NCBI GenBank assembly: GCA_013265495.1 | Contig: MU058287.1 | Location: forward strand, 496,001-560,000 | Direction: 5' to 3' | Length of the DNA: 64,000 nt | DNA from: Vicugna vicugna | Taxonomy: Eukaryota | Shown: positions 37,977 through 52,309 of the stretch, piece by piece | Layout: each line of letters starts with the position of its first letter | Position numbering within the stretch: position 1 is the first letter of the stretch | The notes under the pieces: model-generated | The model's database searches: none | Told to the model about the DNA's origin: nothing | Seen by the model: the letters and a program-made list of their open reading frames with translations, nothing else | Made by a program: the position numbers and the translations under genes

Positions 37977-39229
37977 CCCCTTTCAGTAAATTGTACTGAC
38001 TATAAGGAAGATATTTAAGATAGTACTGGTAAGTGGCCAAAAAAAAAAACCCTCAAAACATCTTTAACATTATTCCCAAACACCCAATTAACTTGGTGTA
38101 CTGCAATTTCTCCAGCTTAATTTAAACAAGATAATGAGGTTGAATACCTGCCTGAATTTTTCCAGTCAGAAATAGGTTCAGGCCTGATGTCAGAGGCTAG
38201 CAGTTAAGGGCTGGGTACCAGTCCTCACGATCGGACCATCAGTTGCGTAGCCAGACCTTCCAGCAGGGCTTTCTGTGTTGGGGTTTGGGTAATTGTTAGA
38301 CGGAAATACAACAGTGGGTACGCATAAGCCGATTTGTGTTCAAATCACACAGAGCTGCATCAGAGACATTTGTGTGTATTTTCTGTTATTAATAAACGAG
38401 GAAAGGTTGCTGCCTGGGACTTGGGCTCTTTCAATGTCTATATGTGCATTTCAGCAAGTGTGCCATTGTGAGTCTGCCCACCCTCTCCCTGGCAGCAAAG
38501 CGCTGACATTCCTCCTCTGAGAAGGAGACATCCCTTCCCCATAATTGCTGGCTTATGTATGCCTTTAAGAGCTTTTCCTGGAATAACAATAAAATATTTA
38601 TCAAACAGTGTATGTGGAATATGTCAGAGCAGTTTTAGCAACAGCTAAGCTTTTCTTTTTTAAAGATATGATTATCTCTTCTTATAAGTTCTTTAACAAC
38701 CCAGGTGGATGGTCCTTTATAAAAACAAGTCTGTGGCTACATCTGCAGTCCACGTTATTCTGTCCCTGCCCTTGTGTCCCTTTGCTCCTTCTCTGCCTGG
38801 CCATCATCAAGTGCTTCTTATGAATGAGTTGTGGGAGAGATGCTAAGGTACAGTTGATTGGTAGTGTGTGATTAATCCCAGAAAAGCAATGTTTGGAAAT
38901 GTCATTCCATGTCCTACAGGCACAGAGTATTATGTGAAGTTCTGCAGCACTCGATGGGCTAATTTTTCCTTGCTTGAGATCAAGAAATTTCACTTACCAT
39001 GTGGGTCATAAGAGGCACACTCATTTGGAGGGGAGGTGGCAGCTCTGAGAGCCCTGAGCCCTCACCTTACGTTCTATCCCAGGGCCTTAAGGGCTTTTGA
39101 TCCTTGACGTACAGTCATGAGATGTGAGAAGTGCACAGTCTACAAGCTCCTTGCAGAAGAGACTGGAGGGTTATTTGGGACCCAGATTGAACAGAGGTTT
39201 ATAATGGAGCACTCAAGAGCATCTGACAG

Positions 39230-39420
39230 TCCAAGATGAACGCTGGCTCTGCCTTCTGCCACCCCAGTGACCATGAACAAGCTATATAAATTCTATGTGC
39301 ATTTATTTTCTCATCCATAAGCGCCAACAATAATCATGCCCATCTCACAGGGTTGTCATGAAGAGCAAATAAGATAATACCTGCAGAGCTGTTGTTGCAA
39401 ATGGCTGGCATATGGTAATA
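39230..39420 (+). mobile_element. MIR SINE
   Basis: 'ctggctctgcc...gtgaccatgaacaag...ttctcatccataa...ctcacagggttgtcatgaag...gataatacctg'. Confidence 0.75.
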
Positions 39421-39439
39421 CTGAAGGCATGTTGACTGT

Positions 39440-39800
39440 TTAAAGAACCATCCAAAAACTGAAGCAGAATTGCTTCATGAACAAATACATGCTCTAGCAG
39501 GATGGCTCTGGCAGTGCAGTGATGGTGTGGAAAGGTAGCAGTTATCAGCGGGGCCAGTCGGGTGGCTGTCCCAAGAGTGTGACTGGAAATTGATGTGTGT
39601 GGTGCAGTGGGGGTGGGACTGAAGAATGCCTTGGAAATGCATCGGTAGAGCATGGTGAGCGGATAAGGGGCAGGGTCAAAGCAGTCCTTTGAGGTTTCCA
39701 GTTTGAGAATCTAAGATAACAGTCCTGCAGAACAGACCAAAAAGAGGAGTTTTAAGGGAAAAATCGTGAGTTCCGTCTGGAATTGTTGGATTTGAAACAT
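39440..39800 (-). mobile_element. L2 fragment
   Basis: 'aggatggctctggcagtgcagtg...gaggtttccagtttgagaatc...gagttccgtctgga'. Confidence 0.5.
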
Positions 39801-42180
39801 TTTTGTGCTCCCCACCTGCCTCAGTTAGCTGTTTGCTGATGAGCTTTTAATCCACTGAAAGGTATGTACATACACACACATGCACACAAAGTCCTTATTA
39901 ACCGTGGATCTAAGGTCAAGCAGGATTGTTTGCTTGCTTGTTTTTTTTAAACCACTAACTTAAAATCTTTTCTATTTTACATATGCTTTGTTTAGTTCAG
40001 CCCAGTAAACCCAACAGCAGCGAACGCTTCCCTGCCCTTTCTCCCGCCAGCCTGTGGGAGATTCCATGGTGTGGTGGAGAGACAGGAAACTTTCAAATGC
40101 TTCTTAAAAATCTTTTCAACACAGATGGAGATAAGACCAGGCCCAGAGAAACATGCCCCTAAGCACTGAAATAATTTGAGCAAAGGCCAGGCTGTTATAT
40201 AAGAAAATGTAAGCGCAAAGACATGTCATTTCAAACTGGTTCCAAAGTTTCAGAGGAGAATTTACCTTAGCAGCTCAGGCTGCCATAGCAAAGTTCCTGA
40301 ATAGCTGAAGATGGTGATTCAGGAGAATGGTTACCTAATGGAGCAGATATTTAATGTGAATTAATTTGTTTTAAAAATGAACGCTTTCTAGGACATTTGA
40401 CTGAAAACTATATTTGGCGCAGTTTGTATGTTTCCGTCTAGACCCCTACTTTCATGATATCTTAGTATCTATAATTTTGTTAACCGTTTCTATTATATTA
40501 TAGAAATATAATACATACCCATACATATATAATATATATGCATATATTTGCATGTATATAATATACACTGTATAATGTACTTGTGTGTGGATTCTTTGAG
40601 TGGGGGATTATCAACCTTGATGTAAGATAACGAACTTAATAAAAATTTAGAATAGATTTCCCCTTTAATTAAAAAAGAAATTCATTCTTATTCTCTGAAA
40701 TGCCCTTTATATTGAAAAAAAAGTTATTATTGAACATTTTATTAGCTGTAAAATAAATAATTACAGCATTTTCCTTTGTATTTATTGTGAAGTTGATTGT
40801 CCTACTGTAGCATTTCGTAGTTTATCGAATAAGTATTTCTAAGAGCACCTGGGATTCATGTAAAGATATATTTCTAAAGGAGAGATTAAAATATGATAAG
40901 TAATCTGCTTTCTGGAACATCTGTTTTCAAAATGCCAATATCATTATAGAAATCGCTGTCCTTTAAAACGAAAATGCCAAAAGGAAAAATAAGTTCATAT
41001 TAAACCATAAAAGTCCTCTAAAAGCGGCAGTAAATTTTCTTGGTAGTTTTTGCCCTAATTGTAGAATAACATTGACCTCCTGAGAATAAACTGGCAGACT
41101 TGGCTTAGGAGTGTCTTGGCAGAAGCAGAACAAAGTCTTTGTTTCTAAGACAATGTTTTGGAGTTTGTTTTTTTCCCTCAGATCATCGGAATTAGTTCTG
41201 AGAGTTTTTGCCTTTGCAACCACTCATCCTTCCAAAGGCAAAACCAATTCTGGTATTTCTACATCCTTAAGATAAGATAGGAACTCTTGTCAAATGGCTT
41301 TTTTGGGTGAAGAAAAGATATGAAGAACTGGTAAAAATGCACTTTAGTGGCAGAGAAGGGAAGTCAATAACCCAACCATTTTCTTAATTATATGACATTG
41401 CATATTAATTCCATAGGATATTAATTAAGTCCCAGTCCCTCCCCCCCATTCCCGACATACATGCTCACACACTGTGCACATAAACACACACCCAGAGAAA
41501 ATGTAGTATTTGGGCGATTTTGGGAATTGCTGAGTTTAACAGTGTTAAACAGGTTTGTTTTTTTTTTAACATGCTGATAGAATAGCATGTAAATCTTAGC
41601 TTGTGCTCATATTTATTGTGAGCTCCCAAGATGGAACACAGAAGGCAGCGTTTCCTAGTCATATTAACTCTCTGTCCTCCCGGGGGTCCTAGTTACAGGG
41701 TGTACAACTCAAATTTGTTTTTGCATTCTTGTTTTTGCATTTTATTTTCACCTTCTTCTTTCTCTCCTGAATTCTTCTCAACCTCCTGTTTCCTAACATG
41801 GACATCATCTGGGGAACTAGCACACTATTCACTTGTATAAATATCAGTACTTGGTTCTTTAGAAATTAAGTGTTTGTGTCAGCTGTGTCCAGGATTTCTC
41901 CTCTTGTTTTTCATTTCTAAGCTTTGGGGCATTTCACTGGCCATTAGCATCACCATCAGATGAAATGAAAAAGGAAAGGGAGTCAGGACTTAAACCTGCT
42001 TTGGAAATGAGTGGAATTCAATTACATCTATGAGATTAGGAGTAATGTGCAGATTTTGTTTATCCAAATGAACATTACACATGAATTATTAAACAGTGAT
42101 GATGAGATTGACGTAAAAAGTTAATTTCAAAATTCTATTTTGTAAGTCAGGCATCAGGAACACATATAACAAAGGCAAAT

Positions 42181-42597
42181 TTTTTTTTAGTCTTTTTAAT
42201 CGAAGTATAGTCGGTTTACAATATTGTGTTAGTTTCTGGTGTACAGCATAGTGATTCAGTTATACAGATATACATTCCTTTTCATTTTCATTATAAACTG
42301 TTACAAGATATTGAATATAATTTCCTGTGCTATACAGTAAGACTTTGTTGTTTATCTGTTTTATATATAGTAGTTAGTATCTGTAAATCTCGAACTCCCA
42401 ATTTATCTCTCCACCCTCCCCTTTCCCCGTGGTAACCATAAGTTTGTTTTCCATGTCTGTGAGTCTATTTCTGTTTTGTAAATACGTTCATTTGTCTTTT
42501 TATTTTTTAGATTCCACATATGAGTGATATCATATGGTATTTTTCTTTCTATTTCTGGCTTACTTCACTTAGTATGACAATCTCCAGGTCCATCCAT
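42181..42597 (-). mobile_element. 5'-truncated L1 3' end
   Basis: L1 3' UTR motifs. Perfect 16-bp TSD tataacaaaggcaaat at 42165-42180 and 42598-42613. Confidence 0.95.
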
Positions 42598-42654
42598 TAT
42601 AACAAAGGCAAATCTTATTTAACTAAATGTTAAATGTCTTGAAAGGAAGGGAGC

Positions 42655-42830
42655 TTACTTTTTTTGAATGCCTATTATGTGCTAGGCACCAACTTAAGTA
42701 TTTTATATGCTACATCATTAATGCTAGCAACCACTCTGTAGGTAAATATTATTTTCTCCAAGTTACTCATGAAGAAGCTGAGGCTAAGTAAGAGCTCACT
42801 CAATAAGTAGGTGATTTGTAAACTCGAGGC
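42655..42830 (-). mobile_element. MIR SINE
   Basis: 'ttgaatgcctattatgtgctaggcac...caaccactctgtaggta...atgaagaagctgaggct'. Confidence 0.75.
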
Positions 42831-44737
42831 CAGCTCTTTTTGACATTAGCAAAATTCAACCCAGCATTTTTCATATTGTCATCTCGCTTTGAGAGTGAGA
42901 ATTCATCTTTTTATCTTCCATGGCATTGAGTACAGTGTCTTGGATGCAGGAAGCATATAATAAATATTTTAACATTAAGTCCTATGTCATTTAATTAGTT
43001 CAGAGCAATTTTTCCAAAAGGAAATTCTTTTTTAAATATCAGGGTCAAATATGGTCATATGTCTGAACACTATTAGAGACCAGTCAGTACATGAGTGAGA
43101 AAAGATAGTTGAAGTGTTTTTTCATAAACATTCATACATTTTATGACAATTTGTAAAACAGAATGCTTTTTGATACAGTCCACCTGTGAAATTCGTGATC
43201 ACTATAAAAAATTATTCAAAATGTTCACTTGAAGGGTGTGATAATAGTAGAATCATTAACAGAAATTATGGAAAGAGGCACAAAAGAAGTTTTAAATGAT
43301 GTTTATGTAAAATGCAGAGGCATTTTTCTGGAATATGGGGAAATTTTGCCCTTCATTTTCTTTCAGAGAGATCGGGTTAGAGAGGGAAGATCACAGAATA
43401 GTGGTGGCTTCGTCACATTTCATAACACCTGTGTATGATGAGGCCTTTCACTGCTAACGCTCACGTTTCACATTAACCTCTTTTCAAACTATACTTCTCT
43501 GTGAACCACTTCAAGGTTTGAAAAACATGCTGTGAGATAATATTCTCCTTTATTTAAATTTTGATATATGTGTCAAGAGAAGCCATAGTTTTAAAGAGAG
43601 GTTAGCAGGCTTTCCTGCTGTTTGGTATGAAATATCTGAAATTTTTCTAAATAAGTAGCTCTGAATAGTTCTTTTATAAAAGATAATTCCCTAACAACCA
43701 GCTCTCTATCCCCCCAAAATTATAGTTTGCATTTCCTCTCATCAACCAATTTTTTTCAAATATTTAATCTTCTAATTATGTACAGTAAGTAAAAGTATGC
43801 CTCATTACTTTTTGGGCATTAGAAATGATTTCCTTTCTGAGTCCTGAGTCATTCAGTCCTGGTGCAGTTTTTACACCTTAACAGGTGTGAACTCAAGTCT
43901 TGACACGTTGCTCTTAGGACCTGACTGTACATGAGGTGCTCGCCCTCGTTGTCGGTATTTCCCGGGCATCCTCTGCTCCTGCTGGTCCGTTGGACTCGCT
44001 GTCCTACAGGCACAGACACATGTGCGTGTTCCCCTTTCTCACCCTGTTCTTGCTGTTCTTCCTCCTCTCCATTCAGTCTTTCTCTCTTCCGTGCATCCAG
44101 GATGTGTTTCCTCATCACTCGCTCTTCCCAGGCGCTGTGCTAGTCAGCGTGGATATGAGTGAATGAGACAGAGTTTGTCAACATGCAGGTTTATTCCAGC
44201 AGAGAAAGCCAACGTTAATCATGGATAGATGAAGCACTCGGGTTGTGATGAGGGCTGCGAAGTTCATGAAGGAGCCTCAGGCCGATCAGGAAGAGCCCGT
44301 GGCCTGGCTTTTAGCCTCTGAGCTCCCGGGAGAACTTCAGTGCCTTTTGGGCAGAGTTGTGATGCGACTGGACTGATGACTTCAAGGCATAACCGTGGGA
44401 AGAACAGACGGGAGGGAGGCAGAAAGGGAAGCTCCTAAGAATGAAATCCATCCAGAAGGTTCTAGATTGCGCTGTGGCAGTGGGGACATGGGGAGAGAGA
44501 ACTTGACTAAAACCCGGCTCTTTTTCAAAGCCCAGCACGCATCCCATCCTCAGGAGATCTTCGTGACGGGTCTCAAAGCCCTGCCTTTTCCCAGGGCACT
44601 AACACAACTTCCCAACACAGCTTTGTACTTAATGGCAGTCTGTCTGAGCTGACCCTCTACCTCAGCCTTTCCTCCCAGTCTTTAGGCATCTCAAGTGCAG
44701 CTGACGCATCACAGACGTCTGTCGTGTCCTCCAGAGA

Positions 44738-44915
44738 GTTATAGTTCTTAACTCTGGCCATCCAGTAGAACCGTCTGGAGGGCTTTTAAAATATACCATT
44801 CTCTGGGTCTCACCCTAGACAGGTTGGGTCAGAGTCCCTGGAGTGGGGTCAGGACATTGGTATTTATTCAAAAGCTCCCCAGGATATTCTAATGGGCAAC
44901 CAGGATGAGAACTAA
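44738..44915. mobile_element. MER5A (hAT-Charlie)
   Basis: 'tagttcttaactctggcc...ggagtggggtcagg...aaaagctccccaggatattctaatg...gatgagaact'. Confidence 0.75.
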
Positions 44916-45635
44916 CATTACAGACACTTGGAAGTACCTACCTTGCAGAAGTAAGCAGTCAGCTCCTTGTCCCCTTCCTCTCCCTTTCTCACTTCCTCCC
45001 CATCTCCCTCTTTTCTCCTACAAGGAGTGCTCCAGTCTAGCTGAGAATTTGTGTTTGCAAATTATCTGCTTCCATATGGAATGTGAAACTGTGAGAGTGA
45101 ATGAGACCTCCAAAGACACAGCTGAGAGAGCAGAGCAGAGACAAAAGGATGCTTCTGGACCACACATCAGGCGAGGAGCACAGGAAGCTGGGTCCAGGCT
45201 TTCTGCGATCCATCCTTTTGGAGTATATGGACCTGATCAAGGACGGTGGTTATGGAGAGACTTAATCACCTACTTCCTAATCGGGAACCTTGTTTTCTCC
45301 TCCCATGTCTCCCAAGCAATTAAGTATTGAGTAAAGTCTAACCGTAGCAGCAAAAAATGTTCTCTGGTGAGACTTTACATGTGAGTTTTAACTAATAAGA
45401 AATGTTAAGTGTCCCTTGTCTAGTTTTGTCTAATGGAAAAGTTACATTATTAGACCCCAAACAGCACTGCTGTGATTTAATCATCACTAACGTGTATCTG
45501 TGCCGAGCGGCTGGGTCAGAGCCGCTGTTAGACACCGATGCTATATTTGCTGTATCATGTGACTTACCACAGGCGTCCTGCTTTTCAGTGGTAGAGAAAT
45601 AGGTCCTCTTTCACCTTATACTTCTCCCCTGCCCT

Positions 45636-45657
45636 ACACACACACACACACACACAC
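45636..45657. repeat. (AC)11 microsatellite
   Basis: Directly visible. Confidence 0.95.
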
Positions 45658-46049
45658 CTCAGAATGAGTTTCAGATCATTTTAATCTGACAGTGACCTTA
45701 TATATTAAAGCATAGAGATGACTTGGGAACTTGCTTTTCTGAGTATTTTGGTTAATAAATGGTGCTTTTTACACTAATATAGACTTAATATAGAACTTTT
45801 AATGGAAACATCAAAATTCATTAAAACCATCTTTCATAATATTTGATTTAATTATCTCATGTGGTTGTGGAAAACTGTGGCAGAGGGTTTTAAACTCTAA
45901 ATGTTTTTGCACATGAAGCCACTTGGAGGCTTCAAGGGGCCCCTCATCCCTGTTTTGCCTCTGGCATCACCCCTGCATCATCGTGGTCCTCATACCCGCC
46001 CCCCAACCCCCCCCCCTGCTCTACCTCCCGCCCCCTCTCTGCACCTCCC

Positions 46050-46450
46050 TGCACTCTCACATGCTCTGGCCTGGCCACTCTGCAATTCCCACTACACCCC
46101 AGAAGCACACAGTTTACACATGCAGATCCTTCTATGTGGAAGGCTCTGGTCAAGGCCTCTGCATCTCCCATCACCACCCTGAAAAGCCTCCTCATTGAAT
46201 AAGACCCAGCTCAAGAGTCCCTCCTCTGGGGATCCTTCTGCAGTGCCTCGGGATCGAATTAGTGTTCTTTCTCCCCTGCTCCCAGGAACACTCTTCTACC
46301 CCTTTCCAACACGTGTCAGGGGCAGTGTTGTGCTAGTCTGGGTGTCTGCCTCTTTGACTAGGCCACCTGCGCCTAAGGACAGGGCCACATCCTCTTTGTA
46401 AGTTCATTCCCTAGTGTAGCACCTGGCAAAAGATATGTGTTCAATAAGAT
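46050..46450 (+). mobile_element. L2 3' region
   Basis: 'aagacccagctcaagagtccctcctctggg...ccctagtgtagcacctggca...gttcaataa'. Confidence 0.65.
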
Positions 46451-46602
46451 GGCAAAGGAGTTAGCTGGCTGAAATAAAGCCTGAGGTGTGTTAGTACTTA
46501 TACAGACACTGTGAATTCGTTTTTACTGACAGTTGAATGATGTGGCCATTTACCACTTAGGACAAGCAGTGGGGAGCCATCAGAATCACTTATGGGATTA
46601 AA

Positions 46603-46615
46603 ATCTATCTATCTG

Positions 46616-46669
<54 letters not shown>
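46603..46669. repeat. (ATCT)n tetranucleotide microsatellite within a MER5-like fragment
   Basis: About 16 ATCT units with one GTCT variant. The flanks 'catcagaatcac' and 'cagacctactaatttagaatctc' are MER5-like. Confidence 0.95.
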
Positions 46670-49329
46670 ACCATCCCAGCTCCCATTCAGACCTACTAAT
46701 TTAGAATCTCCCACAGGGAAAGGGGATAGCTGTATTTAAAAAAAATACAGCTGGGTGATTCCACTGCACACCCTGGTGAGACTCATTGTCGGTCTAAGGG
46801 ACACAGAAAGCTGCTCAGACAGAGCAAGTTTCCATGGCTTTGTGTGTTCTTAAGGTAATTGACTGTTGCCGTTATGATATCAGATTATTACTGGAATCAT
46901 AAAGATCTCGTGCCATTTACGAACGTGCTCTGATACATCCTGGTGGAGGCCTGTGTCGATCTGTAAATGAACGAAGAAGCAGCTCTCGGGGGGCCTGCTG
47001 TCTGGGAGTGGATGTGAATTCTGTACTCTCTTCACCCTCTTACTGTGGAGAGCACTCACTAGGTTCTGTAGTTTCACTGAGACTTGCTTAAAACTTCATC
47101 CACCCAACTCGCCTTTAGTGTATCACCTGCTGCCTACCTCTGTTTGCGTTTCATATATTTGGGTGTTGTCTTCTTAGTAATGGAAATTTGGCAACCAGCC
47201 ATTTTTACAAGCAGCTTAACTTAGGACGTTTTAAATAAGGGGATGAAAGGCAAGCTGATCAATCCTGACCTCTGAGAACAGCCCACGTGGTGCTCTAGTG
47301 AAAATACCTTAGGTTTCCCCTGCGAAACTTCAGTCTTCATGGCACCCATCCTACTTGCTGGCTTACAGTGCTTACAGAGCTGGCGTCAGCAGGTGGAGCC
47401 AGCCAACCCATTTGCTCAAACAATAAGCATTTTACAACATTCATTAACCTAAGGGTCACTTCTTTAAATGAAGGAAGTTCAAAGACATTTGTTTAAATAA
47501 CTATGTGACTATGACTCTAGTTGAAAAAAGCCAGAGGGTAGAAAATTAAAGCCAACTTTGTCTTCAAAATCCAGACATTGGAGCAAACCAGGAGCCCTGT
47601 AGAATGAAGCACCACCGTTGACTTTTAAATTTCCTGGCTTGTGTCCGTTTTTGTCACAACGCTAACCTTCTACAAACAAAGGTGTCTCCTAGGCTAACAG
47701 ACACGGGCTTTGTCACCAGCAGTTTCAGGGAAGGTTTTCACGGAGCCTCAAAACTACAAAAACTCCTCTAATGTTTGGTGCCTGGGGTATTTGAAAAGAA
47801 AATCGAGCCCCACAAAACTATGTCTTAAATGCAGAACGAGAAATACGTGATTTTTTTTAGAGTACTGGACATACTTCAGTAATATCCCTTTCATCTTCAA
47901 AAATGCTTATAAATATAGTTCATTTCTCACAGTTCTTCAGTGAGTTATGTAAACATTTCAAACAATCGGTTCTACTTTTACAGATATAAAACCAAGGCAA
48001 AGTGTGTTTATTGATTTATTTTCAGAGAGCAGCCTCGTGCACATGGGAAATGTTGCCCTGACGTATAAAAAGCATGTCTGCGTGAGGACATGCTTGGCCA
48101 TTTGCCAACTCGTGAGGCATGGGCTGGGCCAAATCTGATTCCCATTGACTATTCTGCAGAAGGAAAGCCAAACACAATCTACCCTTCAGGTTGCATGCAG
48201 TATTGGTTTTCAGGGAAATGTGGTTATATTTGTCCTGGCCACAAAGGCTGTCTCCGGGGAGGACAGCCAAATGGCTTTGGTCACAGTGTTCATGAAACAC
48301 AACTGTCCCAATCTGTTATCTGGAAGCTGTCTGTACTTGGATATGTAATCAGGTGACCGGAGACTGGAAATCAGCTGGAAAGTCCAGTACAAGTTCATTA
48401 ATGAGGGGTCCAAGCACACAAAGGGCATGAGTTTATATGGCAGGTGGGGAGCAGATGGGTGGGGGCAGAACAAACCCCCAGGGGCAGGACGAGAGTAAGA
48501 AAACTAGGGCAGCCCTAACATTTTCACACAGAGACTGAATGTAGGGATCCGGCTCCAGAGTAGGGACTGGAGTCCTGGGTAGGGGATTTGGACAAATTAG
48601 AGAGAGAGAGAGCAAAGGAGAGGCTAGTTTATGAAACAGGTGGACAGACGGTGCTGGGAGGACGGCACGGGTTTTAGCCTGGCTTATTTAGGAGCTCGGG
48701 GATGAGTTCCCAGGCACCTCCAGCCCCCTCGGGCCCCCTCAGGGCAGAAGGGCATCTTGTTGCCATAGTTCCAGCCTCTCTGGACCACACAGGCCCCAGG
48801 AGGCCAGCAGCTACGAGAAAGCTCACCCTTCCACCACCGACTCTTGAATTTGTGTTTCGCATGAGAATCATTCTTAAATGGTTATATCTAGTTGCATTTA
48901 CCTGCCTTCTCCAACTGAACATACTCTCATGCTTGGAATCTTGCAAAGAAACAAAACTCAGAGTCAGAAAAGGAGGATACATTTCCTGACTCAGCCTTTT
49001 CCATGGGCTGGCGTGGCGCCTTGGGCACATCCACGGGCCTCACTTTTCTCATCTAAATATAGGACTGGTTACACTTTTCTCTAGTCGGAGCAGAACATCA
49101 CAGCAGACTCATTTAGCGCCTACATGCATTTTAAATCTTTACAAATACTAACTCATTTGATCATCACAGCTACCTCTCAGGTGGTGGTGAGGCCTCCCCC
49201 TAAACCTGCTGTGCCTCCCTTCTGACCTTGTGTCTTCAGACCCTCAGCTCTCCCTTTCTGATCTCTTCCCTGCGCTTGCTTCTGGAGGCTCTGATTTCCC
49301 TCCCTTCTTATGTGCTCGTTCTTTCCTTT

Positions 49330-49480
49330 TTTTCTTTCAGTTCTACGGAGACAGAATTGACATTCAGCACTAACTTTAAGGTGTTCAGTCTCATGACGGG
49401 CTTACGTATCTTGTGAAAGGATTACCACAATAATTTTAGTTAATATCATCATCTCACATAGATACCAAAAAAAAAGTGTT
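49330..49480 (-). mobile_element. L1MA-like 3' tip
   Basis: 'aattgacattcagcact..tttaaggtgt...gattaccacaata...catcatctcacatagatac'. Confidence 0.65.
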
Positions 49481-49769
49481 TACATGTGCTGTTTCTTATC
49501 TTTTATGGTCTGGAAAACCATACAACTGAGACTGTTATCCTTTCGTACCAATTAATAGTACGCAGACCCCAGTGAGGGCCTGAGTGGTTTTCCCGTGATT
49601 TACGTGTATGGGCTGGAGTTCATGAATTTTTCACACTTACTTTAAGTGGCAGTTCAGGTTTTGGGTTTGGTTTTTTTTTCTGATTCTTGACAAAATCTTC
49701 TGTGATTGTTCCCAAGCTCTCAGGGTAAAATGAAAACTGAAGATCTCACACAAAGCTTTTGTCTGCTTG

Positions 49770-50190
49770 GCGCCCTATCTGAGTCACCAACTGTATCACC
49801 CATCTCTGGTCTCACAGCCCTAGTGCCCGGCACCTCAGACCCTTCAACTCATCCCCAAGACAATGTCTTCTTACTTCTCTGCTTTGCTACATGCTCTTCT
49901 CCTGGTCCCCCACTCCTTCCCTGTTCTGCACCCGGTGGATCCCTATTTGTCTTTCAGGACATGTGGCTCACCTGTCTCCATCTGGAAGTCCTTCTCCACC
50001 CCAGTGCAGGGCGGCTTACTCCCTGCGCTCCCCTGGCCAACATACCGTTGTGTGATCATTGGTCCTTCACATCCATGGTCCCCACCGGCCAGGAAACTTC
50101 TTAAGGGCAAAGTTACCTTGTCCTTGGTTTCATCAAGACCTAGCATCATATGTAGGACACAGTAGGTGCTTAATATATGCTGGCTGACTC
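49770..50190 (+). mobile_element. L2 3' region
   Basis: Ends 'ttaagggcaa...cctagcatca...gacacagtaggtgcttaatat'. Confidence 0.6.
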
Positions 50191-52309
50191 ACTGCTTATG
50201 CCATTGTTACCAAGCTGCAAAATGTTCTATGTAGCACAGTGTGTTTATACATTCTTATTATATAAATTTTAAAAGTTTAAGGAGAAAAGGGTGGCTGGGA
50301 GGAAGTACAGTTGGCAAAAATGCAAGACACGGCTGCCTGCTTGATGATGTTGGTAACATCCTTATACTTCCGGACAGAGTTCCTGGGAATCTTGGGGTTT
50401 TTGTCCTGTTTTGTTCTTTTGTTTTGTTTTGTTTTTCTGTTTGGCTGCCATTAAACCAAGCCTAGAATTTTTAAACGTATATTTTTGTAGGGATTCCTTG
50501 CAGGGGAAGATACGTAATAACTGCAGTGTTGTGTGTTGAATTTGCTATCTCATCAAGAAGGAAGTACCATATACCTAAAGAAAAATTTTTTCTCAAGGAG
50601 GATTTGATTATATCAAAAGAATGAGGTATGTAAAACTTGGCTGTTAAGTGAGGAGTAAAAAGGAACTGGCCTTCAATGGGAAAAGACTCAGTCTGGTGAT
50701 ACTTTTTATCCATTTTCCTTGAACATTTCCAATTGCCAGAGAAATGCTTTTTCCAAAATACCTTAAATGTATCAGTATGCTTAAATTATCACTTGCTCTT
50801 AATATGTGGAGGGGAAAAAAAAACTTGGTTGTGATACCCAGATGAGAGACAAATAATTCTGAACTGTTGTTAAAAATAAGTTAATGTGATTATTGCATGT
50901 AAAACCAGTTTTGTGAAACATTATGTGTGTGCAGAAGCGATGTCTGGCAAGAGTATATCCCAAAGTATTAGCAATTTTCAATCCCTGGGGAATAAAAGGG
51001 GAACATTTATATTTTACTTTATATTTTTCTATTTTGTTTTAAGTCTTTTGAGTTTTGTCTTTACAACAAGCATATACTACTTTTAGAAATGTTTAAAAGC
51101 CAATAAATTATGCTTTAATCAGTTAACTGGAAAGCAGCATTGTATTATGCTGCCTTGTCCTGTGGGACACAATATCCTGGGTACACCTTGGGTGCCAGTG
51201 ATGCGGATCCCTACCCCACAGTAACCTGGGATGAATGGCTTGAAGGTTCTGTCTCCCCACCGCTCCCCACACTGCCCCGACACAAGCTGTTATTGAATTT
51301 GTTCTTTCATTAATCAGAACTAGCTGTGAAATCTTGTTAATTCTTACCACCAAGACTCGGCCATCGTGATTAATTTGCATGTCACTTTACCACGAGAACA
51401 CTGAAATTAGATTTTCTTCTATCTTCCTATGTTGAGAGTGGGCTTGAGGTTTCGGAGTAAAATAGGCAGTTTGGAAATACATCATCCGTCCGTTTCCATG
51501 CTGCAGGGAAGCAGTTTGTTTTCACAGCATGTGGTCGTGTTCAGATGGGGAAACTCCTCCCTGTGTCTGCCAGGTGGGGGCGTTGTGTTCAGACTGCCTT
51601 TGAGGGGCTCCGGGCCAGTAGGTAGGACCCCAGGGGTGCGCTGGATCAGGTGAGGTGCCTCCTAGAAGGGCTGAGCCAGGAAGCCAGAGGGTGAGTGTGT
51701 AAAGGCCCAGCTGGGGAGGTGACGCTGAGTTTACCACTGGGTCTAAGGGTTGAGTGCATTGGATTTGTTGTGAGATGGAGACCACAGTCAAGAATTGAAA
51801 ACAGTACCATGATGAACAGGAGTCAAGGAACTTGTTGGGAGCAGATCTATTCCTATTACCCTGATCTCCTGTTGAAAATACTTGCTGAGTGCATTATTTG
51901 TTTCGTGTTAGAAATATGGTCACATACACACAATACAGTGTGATAATTTCTGTGCCTGAATTGTATTTATTTTGATATATAGCAAAGTTTTACTTGGTGA
52001 CTCCCAGTTTAAACTATGCTACCTGGACAGTTCATTCAAATGATACTTGATAACTTATCAGATTAAGTCTGTGCTACATATTAATTTCAGCTTCACCTGA
52101 GCAAGGAGGTATAGGCACTTTGTTTTATGTCTCTCTGTATCACAGCAACACATCCCCATGATTTAATTCCACTAGCAAGTGTGTGGATTTTGCAATTGTT
52201 AAAAATGACTGGGTGAAACTTACTGTTTTGAATTGCTTCAAAAGACCTCTTTCTTATTTCCTTTCACTATCACAACTTTAGAATATAATTTAGATGAAAG
52301 GTATGTTCA

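Noticed and set aside
40485..40580. AT-rich self-complementary stretch
   Set aside because: Low-complexity (TA)-rich sequence, where short hairpins are expected by chance.
51373..51380. Octamer ATTTGCAT motifs (also near 14492, 53231, 57641, 62138 and 63750)
   Set aside because: They are scattered, several are expected by chance in 64 kb of AT-rich DNA, and there is no supporting context.
51568..51586. Second CTCF-like motif (ccaggtgggggcg), and a similar weak one near 27081
   Set aside because: Both have mismatches at informative core positions and are much weaker than the site at 2074.
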